The notes beneath the pieces are model-generated. The model ran no database searches. It was not told the DNA's origin and worked only from the letters and a program-made list of their open reading frames with translations. A program made the position numbers and the translations under genes. 64,000 bases of DNA from Neophaeotheca triangularis (Eukaryota): NCBI GenBank assembly GCA_054600435.1, contig BAAIJX010000019.1, positions 310,001 to 374,000 on the forward strand, read 5' to 3'. Of the stretch, positions 59,933 to 64,000 are shown piece by piece; position 1 is the stretch's first letter; each line of letters begins with the position of its first letter.

Positions 59933-62032
59933 ATGACCACCATGCTGTCTAGAGACCTTCCAGGATGGGCACAGCTGGCGACAGACGTGTTGCAACAAAG
60001 GTCTTACGACGATGTTGCAGCCGCCTTCGCTTTTTTGCTCGCCACCGTTGCTTATACCACAAGGGGAGCTCTGTGGGCCAGACCCGACCCTCACGCCTGG
60101 AAGCTGTATGAGCGGCCGCAACAAGCGAAAGGCGCTCTCCAGGCCACTCAGCAATCGACAGATATCGCACGACGCCTGGAGAATGCAGATGTCGCCATCC
60201 TTTGGGCCTCCCAGTCTGGTACCGCCGAAAGGTTGGCTGGCCGCCTTTCCAAAGAGCTCCGGATGCACTTTGGGGTCAAAGTGTTGCTACTAGACATCTC
60301 GGATATCGAGGCAGCAAGCTGCTCGCAGATTCCGGAGACTAAGCTGACCATCTTCCTGGCATCAACTTTCGGCGAAGGGGATCCCAGCGATAACCTGCAC
60401 GATTACTGGACTTGGATTCATGCGGCCAAGGAGGGTGTGCTCAGAAATCTTCGTTACATTGCTTTTGGACTTGGCAACTCGAACTACAAGTACTATAACC
60501 ATGTGGTAGACGTACTTGTATCGCAAATGCAAGCTCACGGAGCCCAGGCTCTCATGGAGACCGGCAAAGCTGACGATGCGAATGGGGAGACGGAAGAGCA
60601 CTTCCTGGCATGGAAGGAGCAAGTCTGCAACCTCTTCGCAACGAAACTTGGATATGCTCGCCAGGAGCCGCAGTATGAGCCCTCCCTCGCGGTCGATACG
60701 GACGACTCGCTAGAACCACAGGATCTACATTGGGGAGAACCAACGCCCGGCAAACTGGACAAATCGTCGGCATCGTCCGACATCTACAGCATACCGATCT
60801 CGCAGACTCAGGAGCTATTTCAAGATGCTAGCGACCGATGTTGTCTCCACATGGAGTTGAACATCAATCGACTCCCGCAGCTCAAATACAAGACAGGGGA
60901 TTACCTTGACGTCTGGCCTCTCAATCCTTCCGCCGAGGTGGCATGTCTGCTACGGGCCTTCGGCAAGGAAAGCGAGCGAGAGAGGCCAATCCACGTGAAA
61001 TCGCTCGATGGAACCGCAGTCAAAGTGCCCAGTCCCACCACCCTCGAAGCAATCTTTGCATCGTACCTTGAGATCTGTGCACCAGTTTCCAGAGAGCTGG
61101 TCTCAAGATTGGCCACGTTCGCCCCCGATCAGGGAGCGAAGGACTTCTTGGCTAAACTGGGACGGGACAAGGTCGCGTACACCCAGCATCTTTCCAGCAA
61201 CTACGTCAATCTCGGGCGGCTATTAGAAGGAGCTTGCGCACTTCCTGGCGCGTGGTCCGGTATACCCCTTGCGTTCGTAATCGAATCTCTTCCCACAATG
61301 AAACCCCGCCCCTATTCCATCTCTTCCTCCTCCGTTGTCAGCCCACGCCAAGTGTGCATCACTGCAGTGGTTGCCGACACCCATTTGGGCGACTCCGGGA
61401 ACCGTGTCCTCGGTCTCGCCACCAACTACCTCCAGTACGCCAAAGAAGGCTCGCACCCACGTGGCTTGACCTACGCCTTCCCGCAGACCTCACAAACCCC
61501 ACAGTCCGGCCACGTCTTCGCCAGAGTGCGGAAGTCGAATTTCAAGCTCCCAACGGTAGCCTCGGCCCCAATCCTGATGGTGGGCGCCGGCACGGGCTTA
61601 GCACCCTTCCGCGGCTTCATCCAAGAGCGGGCGAGACTGGCCGTCATGGGCCGCGACGTCGGCAAGACGAAACTGTTTTTCGGTTGCAGAAACCCGGCAC
61701 AAGATTTGATTTATGCTGAAGATTTTGCAAAGGCCGGCGAAGAGCTTGGCCCCTCTTTTTCCGTCACAAACGCTTTCTCCCGCCCTGATGCCCCCGGTAG
61801 AAACCAATACGTACAGGATGCGATGCGAGAGCAGGCTGATGCCGTGGCCGAGCAGCTTGTGGACAACAACGCTTACTTTTACATTTGTGGTTCGGCGTCT
61901 ATGGCTAGGTGTGTTGCGGACGCTGTTCGGGACATTCTTAGGTTGGAGAAAGGTTGGGATGAGGCTACGGTGGAGGCTTTTGCGGAACAGCAGAAGAGGC
62001 AGAAGAGGTGGCAGCAGGATGTCTGGGGTTAG
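59933..62032 (+). CDS. NADPH-cytochrome P450 reductase (secondary, CPR2-type)
   Basis: FMN motifs SQSGTAE, STFGEGDP and FGLGNSNY. FAD motif RPYSISSS. NADPH motifs GAGTGLAPFRGF, LFFGCR and YICG. C-terminal DVW. Confidence 0.93.
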   Translation: MTTMLSRDLPGWAQLATDVLQQRSYDDVAAAFAFLLATVAYTTRGALWARPDPHAWKLYERPQQAKGALQATQQSTDIARRLENADVAILWASQSGTAERLAGRLSKELRMHFGVKVLLLDISDIEAASCSQIPETKLTIFLASTFGEGDPSDNLHDYWTWIHAAKEGVLRNLRYIAFGLGNSNYKYYNHVVDVLVSQMQAHGAQALMETGKADDANGETEEHFLAWKEQVCNLFATKLGYARQEPQYEPSLAVDTDDSLEPQDLHWGEPTPGKLDKSSASSDIYSIPISQTQELFQDASDRCCLHMELNINRLPQLKYKTGDYLDVWPLNPSAEVACLLRAFGKESERERPIHVKSLDGTAVKVPSPTTLEAIFASYLEICAPVSRELVSRLATFAPDQGAKDFLAKLGRDKVAYTQHLSSNYVNLGRLLEGACALPGAWSGIPLAFVIESLPTMKPRPYSISSSSVVSPRQVCITAVVADTHLGDSGNRVLGLATNYLQYAKEGSHPRGLTYAFPQTSQTPQSGHVFARVRKSNFKLPTVASAPILMVGAGTGLAPFRGFIQERARLAVMGRDVGKTKLFFGCRNPAQDLIYAEDFAKAGEELGPSFSVTNAFSRPDAPGRNQYVQDAMREQADAVAEQLVDNNAYFYICGSASMARCVADAVRDILRLEKGWDEATVEAFAEQQKRQKRWQQDVWG

Positions 62033-62211
62033 TACGCACAGATTCGATAGGAATGTGAATGATAACATTTGATTTTCAGAGTACTCTGTAATCCCACTTT
62101 AGGCCCTCCTTGATTCGTTTTCCACCTCGTCCAAACCCCCTCGTACAGGCCGGCGTAGATACCCTTTTAGTCGAATCACCCACTCGGGAAGTTAGTGGGT
62201 AACGCGGTCAA

Positions 62212-63882
62212 TCACGGCCTCACAGCCCTGATCCCATCAAACGTCAAATCCTGGAAGAACGTCACACCGGCGCGGCCAGAAGTCTGCGGCTCCGCTTCAT
62301 CACGGCCACAGAAGTCCCAGTAAGCGCCGGCTTCGTCCCATTTCTCGGCGAGGACGCGGTCGTTGAACTCTTTCAAGGGGCACGACTGGCCAGGTCCGGA
62401 GTCGCAGTGGGGTACAGCTGGGGGAAGAGTTAGCAAGTCCTCGTGGGAAAAAGCTCTTGATAGTACTCACGGTAGACCGCATCGTTCAGCTTGATGCGGA
62501 GGAAGAGCTCATCATAGCAGTTGAGGCGCTCGAAAGTCACTGTACCCCGCATGGGGTTGTTGCGGCTCGAGACGTAGATCTGTAACCGTCAGCCAAGCAC
62601 ATTTTTCTCCTCCAACGTTTGCAGAACTAACCCGTGACTCGTTCATCGATGTAGGCGAAAGAGATGGCTGCTCGTCGAAAATGCCCAATCGCGCAACCAG
62701 CTGGCTAATCTGGTTGTCGTGGGTGAAAGCCACGGCTAGCGGTCCAAGAGTGCCATTGCTTCCGTCAGGCTCGTGAACTACGCTCTCTGGGCCAGAAGAC
62801 AGGATATCGACGACACCTTGGATGACTGGCAAGAACACCGAAGCGTTGTTGTAGCTTTCTGGGCCTGTTCCATACCAATAGCGCAAGTCCTGTCTGTATT
62901 CGTATTGCAAAAACTCCTCTGGCTTCAGAACACGGCAAAAAGGACTGTCACGACGCAAGATCTGGCTCTCAAACCCGCAAAGATATGCAAATTCGCTGAC
63001 GTCGGAGGCGGTCAAGTTGAAAGCGCCCTCGATGTAGGTTTGCAGTCGCTCTACAATCGGCGGGAGGTAAATGTCTTCCCATCGCTCAACGTAGCCCGCG
63101 CCGGCTTGATCGTCGTAAGCAGGACAAGAGTCCGTCGTGGCGAGCGAGTTGGCTGCGGCAGAAGGGTCGGAACCATTAATAGGGTAGACAGTCCCCAGCT
63201 CGGTACTATTGGGTCCGATATATCCACGGGCGAAGAGCCGAGCGGAATCAACGGTGCGTTCGTAGTCGTTGGCCCACAGCCTGAAAGGCTGACCATACTG
63301 GTACCAGTCGCGGTGACGAGTCCTCAGCTCAACGCCAAAGTCGTACAGCTCGTCGTAACCACCTGCAGAGAGTTGGCGGAGTTGCCGGCCCGGGTCCTCA
63401 ATGTGAGGTTGCCAGTCTGGGAGGAAGGATAGTGGACCCTCGGCCGTGAAACTCGCATTTTTCACCTAAGCTTCGTGTTAGCGGCGTCGACGGGGAGAGA
63501 AGCAGAATCCATACCTTCTCGTAGAGAGCTTCCCAACCACCGAATGCCCCAGGGTCTGGGTACCGACTACCGTGTCTACTGACGTAGACGGCCTGGTCCA
63601 GCTTACACTGTTTGGGAGGGTCAGGAGAAATACCAAAGACGTTTGGGCCTGCAGATCGGTAAGTGCGAGCCCGTTGAAGCCGCAGAAGTCGGATTCATCA
63701 GTACCTGGCGACCAAGGGCCGTTACCACCCAAATGCCTGAGGGGGTTCCATTCTGATGACTGTGTCGGGCAAGTGAGATCTGCGTAGAAGTTGGTGCCGT
63801 CGCTCGAGGCAGTCGAGGTGGTGGAGAAGAGGATTGCCCCTGCTAAGAGCATGATGTTGGACGGAAACTGCGCAGCCTTCAT
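62212..63882 (-). CDS. Secreted histidine acid phosphatase / phytase
   Basis: Exons 63882-63705, 63648-63515, 63465-62632, 62579-62471 and 62417-62212. Signal peptide, HLGGNGPW, RHGSRYP catalytic motif, FTHD, and CDSGPGQSCPL. Confidence 0.92.
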
Positions 63883-64000
63883 TTTCTCTTACAGCGAGTC
63901 TGACGAGTTGTCTTTGAGGATGTTACCAGGCTCCTCTCTTAAGCTCTTTATGTCCTTTCGACGCGGTGACCATCGTGGCCTCTCAATGTCATCGCCCACC

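Noticed and set aside
1..64000. tRNA, rRNA, snRNA genes, CRISPR arrays and intact transposase or retroelement ORFs
   Set aside because: None recognised by eye. tRNAscan-SE and Rfam scans were not run, so small RNAs could have been missed.

Overview
Eukaryotic, intron-containing DNA from a filamentous ascomycete (GT..CTRAC..YAG introns; probably a Dothideomycete, which is inference). About 23 protein genes are supported: CEF1/CDC5, two MFS transporters, a WDR48/UAF1-like WD protein, THR4, the PET8 SAM carrier, a small mitochondrial-type protein with a 437-nt intron, a SYN8-like SNARE, a RING/TRAF zinc-finger protein, a 1344-aa coiled-coil protein, a HAL4/SAT4-family kinase, a GNAT-like protein, a secreted Cys-repeat protein, a U1A/U2B''-family snRNP protein, a polyol dehydrogenase, an apolipophorin-like protein, a sugar porter, a P450 next to its own P450 reductase, a histidine acid phosphatase and a few hypothetical proteins. 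There are also microsatellites and RIP-like degenerate tracts. The most notable observation is in intron 1 of the U1A-family gene. Its 5' splice site is buried in a perfect 9-bp hairpin whose 10-nt loop, AUUGCACUCC, is the U1 snRNA stem-loop II U1A-binding loop. Retaining that intron gives a premature stop, which points to splicing-level autoregulation. Other leads are a hidden alternative last exon in the WDR48-like gene, two ORF-poor fold-back regions (about 37.2-37.9 kb and 39.8-40.9 kb), and a recurring C-rich to G-rich flip at gene 3' ends. All gene models were built by hand and no database searches were run.
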